Positions 21,301-30,190 of a stretch of DNA of 64,000 bases are shown one piece after another (the first letter of the stretch is position 1; each line of letters starts with the position of its first letter). The translations under genes were made by a program, and so were the position numbers. Origin of the DNA: Octopus vulgaris (Eukaryota); assembly GCA_951406725.2 (NCBI GenBank), contig OX597820.1:115816001-115880000 (forward strand), given 5' to 3'. The notes under the pieces were generated by a model. The model saw only the letters and a program-made list of their open reading frames with translations. It made no database searches and had not been told where the DNA came from.

Positions 21301-22447
21301 AACATCAAGACGGATAAAATGCTGCCAAGCAATTTGCCTGGCATTGCTAATGGTTCTGCCAGTTCAGCATCTTGAAATGGATGTGAGGAGTAATGTCTGT
21401 AGGAAGAGACATTAGACTGTGGAGGAGGAGGAGGGAAGTGTAGAAGCTGAAATGTGCCTCTGCTCGAAATGAAAGAGGTGGATGAGATGTTGATTTGTCA
21501 TGGGTGAGAGCCATGGCTGGAGCAAGTAGAAAGTGAGGAAGAGATGGACCAAAGTGGTGAAGGCAGACATCAGGGCTACTGAACCTACGAATGAGGGTCT
21601 GCAACAAGAAGCAGTAAACTGATGGACGGAAGAAGACTTATCCAACTGATGCAAACAGAGAAATGGGCATAAAAATTGCTGATGATGAGCCTTGATAAGA
21701 TTTGTGCCTGAAACACAGGGAAACTGATTGAGTCAGTGACAACTTTTGATGCATAAAGAGTTGGTCTTGAGCTTAGCCAAAACTATTTTCAGCCCTTTAG
21801 CATTTGTATTATTCTGCTCAGATCCAATACATAACTTTTTCGTTTTTGGAATTGGTTTGCAAGATTCTTTATATGAGTTTGTGTGTTGAAGCATATTCTA
21901 TTGTCTGGGGAGAGTCATTTTCTTTTTGTGCCTTATAATGTAACTCACCAGTAAAATTTCCACTTTTTTCTTATTTTTATTTTCCTAAAATTTTCGTTGT
22001 GTCTTGCAACCTTTTCAATAGTTTTGACTCTCAATAGTCAAAACTATTGAAAAGGTTGCAAGACGCAACGAAAATTTTAGGAAAATAAAAATAAGAAAGA
22101 AGTGGGAATTTTACTGGTGAGTTACATTATAAGGCAGAAAAAGAAAATGACTCTCCCAAGACACAACAGAATACATAACTATTCACGTTGTTTTGAATTA
22201 ATCATCCATTATCTTGTAGCTTTGGGATTTTGATGATGTGAATGTTTAATTTTCGAATGACATTGTAGGGTTGGTGCAAAAGGCCAGATCTGACTGGTTA
22301 ACTACTAAAGGATTAAATATATTTATCAAATGACTGAAACAGTGAATGTATTGTTTGCAATTTCTCTTTCTAATTTCCTTTTCTTTTGTAGGGGAACCCG
22401 GACTTATTCAACGAACCAGAGCTGAACAAGTCATCCAAATACTGTAG
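433..22447 (+). CDS. C7orf50: C7orf50-like / WKF-domain (DUF2373) gene, 5'-incomplete, spliced. In-frame exons: 433-468, 1356-1403, 1541-1606, 4014-4052, 5905-5961, (6079-6143, 65 nt, frameshifted), 7016-7054, 8077-8124, 9943-9975, 10610-10666, 10784-10849, 11744-11800, 14309-14368, 17948-18150, 18707-18854, 22392-22447
   Basis: All listed exons have AG/GT boundaries and compatible phases. The last three exons read ...AKQFLNVWYTNKTEWNFVKARQNWLVHHMYDPEK|IPDTTFQTLLKYLAGMKGRSREET...|GEPGLIQRTRAEQVIQIL*, matching the WKFxKxRQxWLLxxxY..IP...YLxGLxGxAR...R..Q(V/I)LQ(L/I)L pattern of the C7orf50/DUF2373 family. Confidence 0.85.
910..1130. mobile_element. piggyBac-type MITE family 1 (CCCTTTAG...CTAAAGGG, TTAA sites); other copies ~510-640 (partial), 19118-19338, 21792-22315 (interrupted)
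   Basis: Short TIRs ccctttagca/tgctaaaggg abutting TTAA; shared internal sequence among copies. Confidence 0.6.
1356..1403 (+). CDS. Microexon type B1 (48 nt; EATTPTPKTGQTNALK)
   Basis: Polypyrimidine tract-ttcag|...TTAAAAG|gtaaac; near-identical to 8077-8124. Confidence 0.75.
1541..1606 (+). CDS. Microexon type C1 (66 nt; ESGKNKKHNTSGGNVTDGSTGE)
   Basis: ttatag|AAAGTGGG...GGAGAAG|gtagaa; open, length a multiple of 3. Confidence 0.75.
1798..2145 (+). mobile_element. tRNA-derived SINE family A; other copies 24941-25322, 36581-36972, 47195-47615, 63563-63730 (+), 63745-64000 (-), partials at 18246, 33190, 44580
   Basis: Head TGGCTGTGTGGTAAG...GGTTCAGTCCC (A/B-box-like), CCTTGGGCAAGT core, internal (TA)n/(TG)n, tail ACTGAAACAAGTAAAAGAG. 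Confidence 0.8.
2882..3111. mobile_element. piggyBac-type MITE family 2; other copies 4934-5156, 12467-12671, 23647-23867
   Basis: TTAA-CCCTTTTGTTAC...GTAACAAAAGGG-TTAA termini; four highly similar ~225-bp copies. Confidence 0.75.
3284..3340 (+). pseudogene. Type C exon copy without an in-frame GT donor (probable pseudo-exon)
   Basis: Acceptor and first 47 nt match exon C1 (ENGKNKKHNSSGGNVT), then diverge to CACACGGCAGTTTC; no GT in phase 1. Confidence 0.5.
4014..4052 (+). CDS. Microexon type A2 (39 nt; EPVKKKTKHKQPK)
   Basis: ttgtag|...CCGAAAG|gtaagc. Confidence 0.75.
4256..4560 (+). mobile_element. tRNA-derived SINE family D; other copies 34927-35292, 38626-38895
   Basis: A box TGGCCTAGTGG, B box GGTTCGAATC, shared body GAAACACCTAAGCTCCACGCGGCTCCGGCAG. 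Confidence 0.75.
5485..5698 (-). mobile_element. SINE family B with 9-bp TSD TAAAATATT; other copies 28300-28533(-), 32371-32605, 42880-43100, 45633-45850, 46558-46770 (+), 15370-15540, 21190-21365 (-)
   Basis: Head GGCGAGCTGGCAGAA...GAGTTCAAATTC and core GGTCGACTTTGCCTTTCATCC; TSD at 5476-5484 and 5699-5707. Confidence 0.8.
5905..5961 (+). CDS. Microexon type B2 (57 nt; EETTTTAKAGQNNTSSASK)
   Basis: tttcag|...TCAAAAG|gtaaac; near-identical to 10610-10666. Confidence 0.75.
6079..6143 (+). CDS. Microexon type C2 (65 nt; one A shorter than paralog 10784-10849, so frameshift or sequencing error)
   Basis: GGTAAAAGAAG here vs GGTAAAAAGAAG in the paralog; splice sites intact. Confidence 0.5.
7016..7054 (+). 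CDS. Microexon type A3 (39 nt; EPVKKKKKHKQQK)
   Basis: ttgtag|...CAGAAAG|gtgaga. Confidence 0.75.
7222..7700 (-). mobile_element. SINE family C with (GAT)n tail, probably RTE-mobilised; many copies, e.g. 13290-13746, 22720-23180 (+), 24467-24685, 29122-29580, 29692-29887, 40587-40825, 49668-49852 (-)
   Basis: Shared GGTTGGCGTTAGGAAGGGCATCCAGCTGTAGAAAC...CCAACCCATGCTAGCATGGAAAGCGGACGTTAAACGATGATG; the RTE fragment at 56340 ends in the same (GAT)n. Confidence 0.8.
8077..8124 (+). CDS. Microexon type B3 (48 nt; EETTPTPKTGQNNALK)
   Basis: tttcag|...TTAAAAG|gtaaac. Confidence 0.75.
8262..8325 (+). pseudogene. Type C3 pseudo-exon; donor removed by a 28-bp deletion
   Basis: Matches exon C1 up to GGATCTACTG, then jumps to the intronic sequence that follows the second CTACTG (1623-1628) in copy 1. 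Confidence 0.7.
9943..9975 (+). CDS. Microexon type A4 (33 nt; EPANKKKKHQK)
   Basis: ttgtag|AGCCTGCC...CAAAAAG|gtaggg. Confidence 0.75.
10610..10666 (+). CDS. Microexon type B4 (57 nt; EETTTTAKAGQNNTSSASK)
   Basis: tttcag|...TCAAAAG|gtaaac. Confidence 0.75.
10784..10849 (+). CDS. Microexon type C4 (66 nt; ENGKKKKSNNSGETLQNGSAGE)
   Basis: ttgtag|...GGAGAAG|gtagaa. Confidence 0.75.
11744..11800 (+). CDS. Diverged C-type microexon (57 nt; ESAKKRKRKISEESVKSGD)
   Basis: gtacag|AGAGTGC...GGTGATG|gtaggt; upstream intron resembles the B-C intron (tgtgcctaa...catctttgat). Confidence 0.7.
14309..14368 (+). CDS. Diverged B-type microexon (60 nt; DKNKTTKPKGAQSDNSPAAK)
   Basis: tttcag|AC...GCAAAAG|gtaatc; phase 1-1. 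Confidence 0.7.
14815..15368 (-). mobile_element. Helentron-associated (HINE/DINE-1-like) element; another at 46190-46541 (+)
   Basis: Subterminal hairpins (tccgcc ttagcaa aggcaga; gcgctctctgagtgc), a GTCTGT-like tract and the GGATTT..ATGAAACTT / CAAATCTGGTGAAAATCCG motif typical of HINEs. Confidence 0.5.
16250..17770 (+). mobile_element. Degenerate RTE-type LINE remnant
   Basis: Fragments resembling RT (AFIGMEKVFDRV), a Cys-rich segment (CLVCKNGIGINSVYCTYCK...CSGI) and a C-terminal RRLHWYGH motif; many stops and frameshifts. Confidence 0.65.
16422..16533 (+). repeat. 38-bp tandem repeat x3 inside the LINE remnant
   Basis: GTAGCAAGGTGTAGATGAAATGGCTCATGACGGCTGAG repeated three times. Confidence 0.9.
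17948..18150 (+). CDS. C7orf50: C7orf50-like exon carrying the WKF motif (here WNF)
   Basis: ttttag|AG AAA AAG...CCT GAA AAG|gtcagt; WNFVKARQNWLVHHMYDPEK. Confidence 0.9.
18707..18854 (+). CDS. C7orf50: C7orf50-like penultimate exon
   Basis: tttcag|ATC CCT GAC...TCT G|gtaagt; IPDTTFQTLLKYLAGMKGRSREET. Confidence 0.9.
19787..21022 (+). repeat. Head-to-tail trimer of a family C SINE 5' region (units start 19787, 20144, 20480) ending in a single (GAT)n tail
   Basis: TGACACTTGTGAAGACCTGTTGAGGCAAGTG recurs at 357- and 336-bp spacing; the third unit continues through ~59-bp subrepeats into the SINE tail. Confidence 0.9.
21837..22169. mobile_element. Foldback insertion (arms ~21894-22030 / 22037-22173) flanked by AATACATAACT direct repeat, nested in a piggyBac MITE
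   Basis: Near-perfect ~135-bp inverted arms around a CTCAAT loop; AATACATAACT at 21826-21836 and 22170-22180. Confidence 0.8.
22392..22447 (+). CDS. C7orf50: C7orf50-like terminal coding exon
   Basis: ttgtag|GG GAA CCC...ATA CTG TAG; RAEQVIQIL*; candidate ATTAAA poly(A) signal at 22514-22519. Confidence 0.85.
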
Positions 22448-23413
22448 CAGTCCTTACAGTCATAGGCATTGTCAAAACATTTGATATTTTTTTGTCATTT
22501 TTGTCTTTTGGCAATTAAAAAGTATGTTTTAAAATACCTATTCAATGCAAACGGTTTCTTTTGTTATCAATCATCAGAGTGTGAATTAAAGACACAAAAG
22601 CAGGCAGCTATAATGGTCTTGTGCTTTACGGCTCACTAAATATCAGAAAACATTATTTTCAGCCATAAATACAAAACTATGTTTGCCAACATAACACGGC
22701 AGTCCTGGTTTAGGACGAATTTCCTTCTTTGGACACTAAACTCTGCTTGCGAAGACCTGTTGAGGCAAGTGAAATCAAAATCAAATTCGATGACTGGCAT
22801 CCGTGCTAGCGGGGTGCAAAGAGCACCATACGAGTATGATCGTTGACAGAGCGGCTAACCAGCTTCCGTGCCAGTGGCACATAAAAGGCACCATTCAAGC
22901 ATGATTGTTACCAGCGTCGCCTTACTGGCACTTGTGCCCGTGCTAGTAGAGTGCCAAGAGCACCATCCGAGCGTGATCGTTGCCAGAGCAGCTAACTGGA
23001 TTCCGTGCCAGTGGCACGTAAAAGGGCACCATTCGAGCGTGATTGTTACCAACGCCGCCTTACTGGCACCTGTGCCAGTGGCATGTGTAAAAAGATTTGA
23101 TCGAGGTCGTTGCCAGTACTGCCTGACTGGCCCCCATGCCAGTGGCATGGAAAGCGGACATTAAACGATGATGATGATGTTGCTGTAATTTAGACCCAGG
23201 GGACATCGTCTGGGGCTAAATTACTGCAACATTCGTCCTAAACCAGGACTGCTATGTTATGTTGGCAAATAATCTTTACTCCAAAGTACTGTTGCTGAAT
23301 ATTTCTCTTTGAGAGATTTACAAATAGTAATTTTATGTGTTTTGTGTCTTACAGGGGTTTGGCGAAACAAAATTACGCCCCCTAAAGCGTACTTGGGGTT
23401 TCAATGGTTAAAG

Positions 23414-23643
23414 CAGCGGCTCTCAACCAGGTTTTACCTATGGATCCCCTTTGCTCTTATTTTATCAGATGCTCCCACTTAACCATTCCATATTTAGAAT
23501 AGCCTCTTATATTTTTATAATTAAATATTAGGAATTGCGTAAAAAATTGCTAAAATATCTTGTGTATTGTTGATGCATAGGCAATTTACTGCAGATAAAT
23601 TTTAACCCCAAAATCTCCAATGGATCCCAGTTGCAGACCACTG
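23414..23643. mobile_element. hAT-type MITE
   Basis: Termini CAGCGGCTCTCAACC ... GTTGCAGACCACTG; near-match 8-bp flanks ggttaaag/ggtttaac. Confidence 0.55.
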
Positions 23644-24822
23644 GGTTTAACCCTTTCGTTACCAACCCGGCTGAAACCGGCTCTGTTGTACAAATGTCTT
23701 GTTTTCATAAGGTTTTAATTAAAATCTTCCACCAAACCTTAGTCACAATTTCTGTTCCTAACACTAGCTGAATGATAACTAAGTTATTTTACTAAATTCT
23801 TTGTGATATTTAAAGTAATTGAAAGAAACACAGAGTATCTGAAGAGAAATACAGTAACGAAAGGGTTGGTTGGAAAAAGTCTCCGTCTCATGTCTGTCCT
23901 CCGAAGGAAGATAATTCTGTTTTTATTTGGTATTTATCTCCTCTCTCTCTCTCTATGAAAGACCATGAAGTTCTTCCACCTGATGACGGGTTTTAATTTT
24001 AATCCTGCAGTTGAATTGTGTGACTGCTGTGCATATGCTTCTAAATGTGTACGGCCTAGGGGTTAGGTTGTTGCACTCGTCATTCCAAGATCATGCTTTC
24101 AATTCCCGGACCACGCAGTGTGTTGTGTTCTTGAATAAGACCCTTCATTCCACGTTACTCCAGTCCACTCAACTGTCAAAAACGAGTCACCTCGTAGCAG
24201 ATTGACGTCATGTTTAGGGGAAAGATTTTGGTCACTTATAAGTCATGGAAACCAAGAAAGGGGTCCTATGAACCCTAGGACTTAGTAATGTTTCAGGGAC
24301 TATTTTTTACTGAACATATAAGGACTACGGATGGCAGCCAAAGTTACTTTACAGCTGTTACACCACAGTCAATTCTGAGTTCAAACACAGCCAGACTCAA
24401 CTTTTCTCTTCATACTTCAGGAAGGAAATAACAATTAAGTACAAGACTTTATTCTTTGCAGTATTTCATCATCATCATCATCATCATTTAGCGTCCGCTT
24501 TCCATGCTAGCATGGGTTGGACAGTCCAACTGGGGTCTGGGAAGCCAGAAGGCTGCACCAGGCCCAGTCTGATCTGGCAATGTTTCTACGGCTGGATGCC
24601 CTTCCTAACGCCAACCACTCCGTGAGTGTAGTGGGTGCTTTTTACGTGCCACCGGCACGGAGGCCAGTCGGGGCGGCGCTGGCAGCTGCATATTTTAGTA
24701 CCTAGTTTTTGAACCCTGTTGAGATCAACCTTACTTTCTGGAATTGGTAAAATATGTCCCAGTCAAATAGAGAGGATAATTTACCCCCCCCCTCAATTTG
24801 TGGCCTTGCGTGCAAGTGTGTA

Positions 24823-25405
24823 CAGTAATCCCTCGCCATTTGCAGTTTATTATTTAAGCTTATGTTGATTCTTCTGTGGTGTTTTGCATTTATAATAAAT
24901 TAAATATATGCAAATTATAAAAATAATTAAAAAAAATATACAGGTGCAGGAGTGTCTGTGTGGTAAGTAGCTTGCATACCAACCACATGGTTCCAGGTTC
25001 AGTCCCACTTCATGGCACCTTGGGCAAGTGTCTTCTGCTATAGTCTCGGGCCAACCAAAGCCTTGTGAGTGGATTTGGTAGAAGGAAACTGAAAGAAGCC
25101 CATTGTACATAAATATATGTGTGTGTCTGTGTTCGTCCCCCCCCACCATCGCTTGACAACCAATGCTGGTGTGTTTACGTCCCTGTAACTTAGCAGTTCA
25201 GCAAAAGAGACCGATAGAATAAGTACTAGGCTTCCAAAGAATAAGTCCTGGGGTCGATTTGCTCAACTAAAGGCAGTGCTCCAGCATGGCCGCTGTCAAT
25301 ATGACTGAAACAAAAGAATAAAATGTACCGTTTCTATTTCGCAGATTTCCACCTATCATGGGGTGGTTTTGCAATGTGACACCCGTGATAGTTGAGGGAT
25401 TATTG
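24823..25405. mobile_element. pogo/Tigger-type MITE interrupted by a family A SINE
   Basis: TA-CAGTAATCCCTC ... GAGGGATTATTG termini. Confidence 0.6.
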
Positions 25406-25876
25406 TTATTGTAATTTTCAAGTTAGCAATTGAATGGTAAAATCAGAAGAGAAGATTCCACACAGTTTCTACAAATGCATTTAAACATAAGAAAGGATAT
25501 AGTTTACATTACGGTATTTAGTTTCATTCGTATTTTAAAATTTAAATCCTGCTGGCATAAACTTTGGCATATTTCTCATTGAGATTGATAAAATTGGTTC
25601 TAATTAATTTGGTGGTGTCAATTAAATCAATTATTTATCCAGCTGATAACAGTTTGTAGGTTTGTATTAATCATCATGGAAGGTTTGCAGAAATGGTAAT
25701 GCAGTAAGAATTCGGTTTTGTTCATTTACATTCTTGAGTTTAACTTCTCTTGGAGTCAATTTTATCTTTCATCTCTCCAGAATCATCATCATCCTCGTTT
25801 AACGTCTGACTTCCTTGCTGCTATGGGTGGGATAGTTTGACAGGAGGCAGAAGCTTGCACCAGGCTTCTGCTACTG

Positions 25877-26128
25877 TTTTGGCAGGATTTTTACAGCTGG
25901 ATGCCCTTCCTAACACCAACAACTCAGCAGAGTGGACTTACTGCTTTTTATGTGGCACAAGCACAGGCGAGGTCAGTTTTGGCAAGGTTTTTACAGCTGG
26001 ATGCCCTTCCGAACACCAACCACTCAGCAGAGTGGACTTACTGCTTTTTATGTGGCACAAGCACAGGCGAGGTCAGTTTTGGCAGGATTTTTACAGCTGG
26101 ATGCCCTTCCTAACACCAACCACTTTAC
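25877..26128 (-). repeat. 100-bp tandem repeat (2.5 copies) inside a family C SINE; similar dimers at ~33860-34010 and ~57538-57690
   Basis: GTTTTGGCAGGATTTTTACAGCTGGATGCCC... recurs at 25877, 25977, 26077. Confidence 0.85.
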
Positions 26129-26887
26129 AGTGTTGACTGGAGGCGTTTTAAGTGGCATCTGCACTCTGATAGGGACACCAAGTACCTTGTTTGGTTCATT
26201 TCTTACATAATCTCTTAAAAATGGTAACCTTAATGTCATAAATATGATTAGATTAGTGTTGAACGTAAATTCCTGGAAAGCAAAGTCTATTTTTTTTGTT
26301 TCAATTCCGAAAAAAAAATATTTCTCTAGTAAAACAGTAGAATCTTTGTTTTGTGTTAGGGAAAAGTTAATTCAAATACTTGAAATAGCGGATTGTGTTT
26401 TATGCCACAAGGAAGCAAAGAAAGAAAAATTAGCGAGAAGGCCTTTCGCTGTGGGAATAGACTCAGGTGAAAATTCTAGGCCAAATGTGTGAACGCAGAA
26501 ATTTGCATTTATTAATATAGATGCACGCGCACACACAAACACAAAACAGGTTGGGGGAGGGGAGATAAAGTTTAATTGCAAAAAGACAGGTGAAGGGAAG
26601 TAACTCTTTAAAATTCGATGAATGGAGGTCGGTGAGTAGCAGACAAAAACAGCTCGTTAGCAATTGATGTATAAATGTTAGAAGGGCAAAAGCGCAGCCC
26701 ACCTACCTCGCAGGTCCTGCTGTGTTGTCGATCTTGTCCAGGTGAGATATATTGGTGAGACCCTTACCTGCTTAATTTCTGGCCAGAACCTGATGCAAAT
26801 TCATCCAACTCATACGACCACCACCGTCTGTCCCAAGCTGCAGCTCTAAACTAAAAAAAGGACCAATCTAGTCGTCCTTCTGCTCAT

Positions 26888-26897
26888 GTGACGTCAC
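26888..26897. promoter_or_regulatory. CRE/ATF palindrome GTGACGTCAC
   Basis: Perfect TGACGTCA inside a non-repetitive, relatively CpG-retaining island (~26240-27020). Confidence 0.3.
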
Positions 26898-27024
26898 TGA
26901 TTCTAAAAGCAGCAAGGCTTCCCCCTTCCTAGCCCCACAAATAATTTACTGAGGCTCTGTGTCTGGAAAAATCACGAACAGGAAGGGATTCTTGGAAAGT
27001 TCTGTTGTTCAATTCCATCAAGTA

Positions 27025-27112
27025 CAGTAACTGATATATATATATATATACATAAAAGTTACTATATATATATATATATATCAGTTACTATTTATAAATA
27101 TATATATATATA

Positions 27113-27152
<40 letters not shown>

Positions 27153-27201
27153 TTACTATATATATATATATATCAGTTACTATATATATATATATATCAG
27201 T

Positions 27202-27289
<88 letters not shown>

Positions 27290-27322
27290 TTACTATATAT
27301 AATATATATATATATATCAGTT

Positions 27323-27356
<34 letters not shown>

Positions 27357-27478
27357 CAGTTACTATATATAAATATATATATATATCAGTTATATATATA
27401 TAATATATATATATATATCAGTTATATATATAAATATATATATATATCAGTTACTGTATATATATATATATATATACA
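27025..27478. repeat. (TA)n microsatellite punctuated by CAGTTA(C)
   Basis: ATATCAGTTACTATAT recurs with variable TA spacers. Confidence 0.9.
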
Positions 27479-27915
27479 AAATATTGGTGTTAGTTCACAG
27501 ATGATCTAAACGATTATGTGTACTAGGTAATTGCTGTAACAGATTACTAGGGCTTCAAGATGGTAGTTAAGGAGCCATTACAGATTTCCAATATAAACAA
27601 TTGTATGTATATATATATCTCCCAGATGGAGACAAGTACCAATGTCCCTATGTTGCAGGCATGAAGCCATTGGTAGCCTTGTTAATGTGAAGACTCAGCA
27701 GAGAAATGATTGAAGAACAATATTGATTATCAAACACGGCCGATGCCAGCATGAAGCCATTGGTAGGCTTGTTGACCCACAAATAAAGTGTACATGTATA
27801 CACACACCCCCATTTATATATTGTTAAAAAAAAAAAAAGGAGACAAAAAACAACAACACTGCAAAGACATGGTACAGGCAAAGTATTATGATACTCAGGG
27901 AAGGAAAGAAAGGGT

Positions 27916-27950
27916 GTTTTGTGTTTCAAGCAAAGCTCTTCTTCAGAAAC
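27916..27950 (-). ncRNA. Degenerate minimal hammerhead ribozyme (Penelope-like pLTR remnant)
   Basis: Minus strand GTTT-CTGAAGA-AGAGC TTT GCTT-GAAA-CACA-AAAC; the UH cleavage site is mutated. Confidence 0.4.
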
Positions 27951-30190
27951 AGAGACAGATGAAAGTCCATATATGCATACATATACACACACATTTATTT
28001 GTGGGTTAACAAGCCTACCATTGGTTTCGGGCTGAGAATACCCAGAAATTATCAAATGTGCCTCATTACTGATAACAAACAGCTACTGAACACCTAGGCT
28101 AAGATTTGAAAGTGAATCCACATTTTTCCACATTGTCAAATAAGTCCTCAGTCTTTCTGCACTAAGAGATTAATGAGAGTGATTTGACCACTTGGACCTT
28201 TTTTGAGACATTCCTGGGGTCAAAACTGATAAAGTGAAGAATTCCATTGTTTTAGCTTGACCTAATTTAATTAGAGAAGTTACGAAGACACAAGCAAATA
28301 TCTATTTCTTTACTACCCACAAGGAGCTAAACACAGAGGAGGACAAACAAGGACAGACAAACGGATTAAGTCGATTACATCGACCCCAGTGCGTAACTGG
28401 TACTTATTTAATTGACTCCGAAAGGATGAAAGGCAAAGTCGACCTCAGCGGAATTTGAACTCAGAACGTAACGGCAGACGAAATACAGCTAAGCATTTCA
28501 CCCGGTGTGCAAACGTTTCTGCCAGCTCACCGCTGTGAAATATCAGTTGATCTCTTTAGGTAATCCAGCACCGAGCTGAGGAGAAAGCTTTTCCTTTCTC
28601 TTTGTGGTCAACCCATCTCCAGTCAAGGGCTAAGTTGATTAATGTTTGCAAAGTTAGACCTTTTATCATTTCTATTTGCATACAATCCTTTTATTCTGTC
28701 TTTCTCTCTAGAAGTCACAGAGATTAACACATAAAGCACGATGAGCCATGATTGTGGGCATGTTAGGCACAGGTCAACTGGCCACAATTGTGGTCCAGAT
28801 AGATGCATTTAATTTATGGACGTTTGTTGGGGTCTAATGTCACTCGAACGCTCCGATACTCCCCAGAATGCAAGAGGACTATTAGTTCAATTAATGAATT
28901 TTCTGATGATGTAAAACTTGCCACCATTATATACTAAGAAGATATTTTAACTATTTTGGGTTTTTGTGCATGGTAGTCTCACTTTCATAAAATTTGCTCG
29001 GCAGTACATGCTATGTAAGAGCAAACCCCAGCGTTTCATGGGTTAAATTAACTACTGTCATGCAGAATGAACTGGAGATTTACAAACAAGCTGTCTACAT
29101 GCAAACAACTTGACAAAGTTGTATCATCATCATCATCATCGTTTAACGTCCATTTTCCACGCTGGCATGGGTTGGACAGTTTGACTGGAGACTGGCGAGC
29201 CAAGAGGTTGCACCAGGCTCTTGTCTGATCCACCAGTGTTTCTACAGCTGGATGCCCTTCATAACACCAACTGTTCCGAGAGTAGTTCTTTTTACGTGCC
29301 ACCGGCACAGGGTTCAGAGGGGACTGGCATCGACCACGATTGGATGGTGCTTTTTACATACCACTGGCACGGGAGCCAGTGAAGGCAGTGCTGGCATCGG
29401 CCATGTTCAAATGGTGCTTTTTACGTGCCACTGGCACAGGGATCACAACTACAATTTCCATTTGATTTTGATGTACTTGACTCAATAGATCTTCTCAAGC
29501 ACAGCATGTTCCCCTACGATCCAAGGTACTTTTTGAGTGGGCTGGTTATGCGACACTGGTGTAGGTTACAGCTGTGAACTAGTGTAATGATTAATATTAT
29601 AATCAACTTAATAAACGACCATCTTGACAATTAATATTGTTCTTCAATCATTTCTCTGCTGCATCTTCACATTAAATTCCATCGTTACATTATCATCATC
29701 ATCATCATCATCGTTTAACGTCCGTTTTCCGCGCTAGCACGGGTTGGACGGTTCGACCGGGGTCTGGGAAGCCAGGAGGCTGAAACCAGGCTCCAGTCTG
29801 ATCTGGCAGTGTTTCTACAGCTGGATGCCCTTCCTAACGCCAACCACTCCGCGAGTGTAGTGGGTGCTTTTTACGTGCCACCGGCACATACTCATTTATG
29901 TCAAACTACAACTAAACAGATGTGGCGGAAGTGAACAGAAGTCACTAAGAATAATAAAATAGGAGAAAAATTAAAAGAAAAAAAAGCAATAACAACATTT
30001 GGTATACATTGGTGCTAACATTCACTGATAATTATTAGAATTACTCTCTTAAACCTTACACATTATGTTTGTTAATTTATTTTTGAATGGGGGAGAGAGT
30101 CTGAAGAAAAGGTTGTGTCCATGGTCTTTATCTGCTCTCCTGAGACCAGAACATGAGATTATCAAAGGAATTCTATCAATAACTCGTTTC

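Noticed and set aside
27116-27403. YI-repeat, poly-L, poly-Y and poly-I ORFs (also 46636-46955, 47992-48362, 49147-49636, 60020-60377, 61547-62140)
   Set aside because: Translations of stop-free microsatellites
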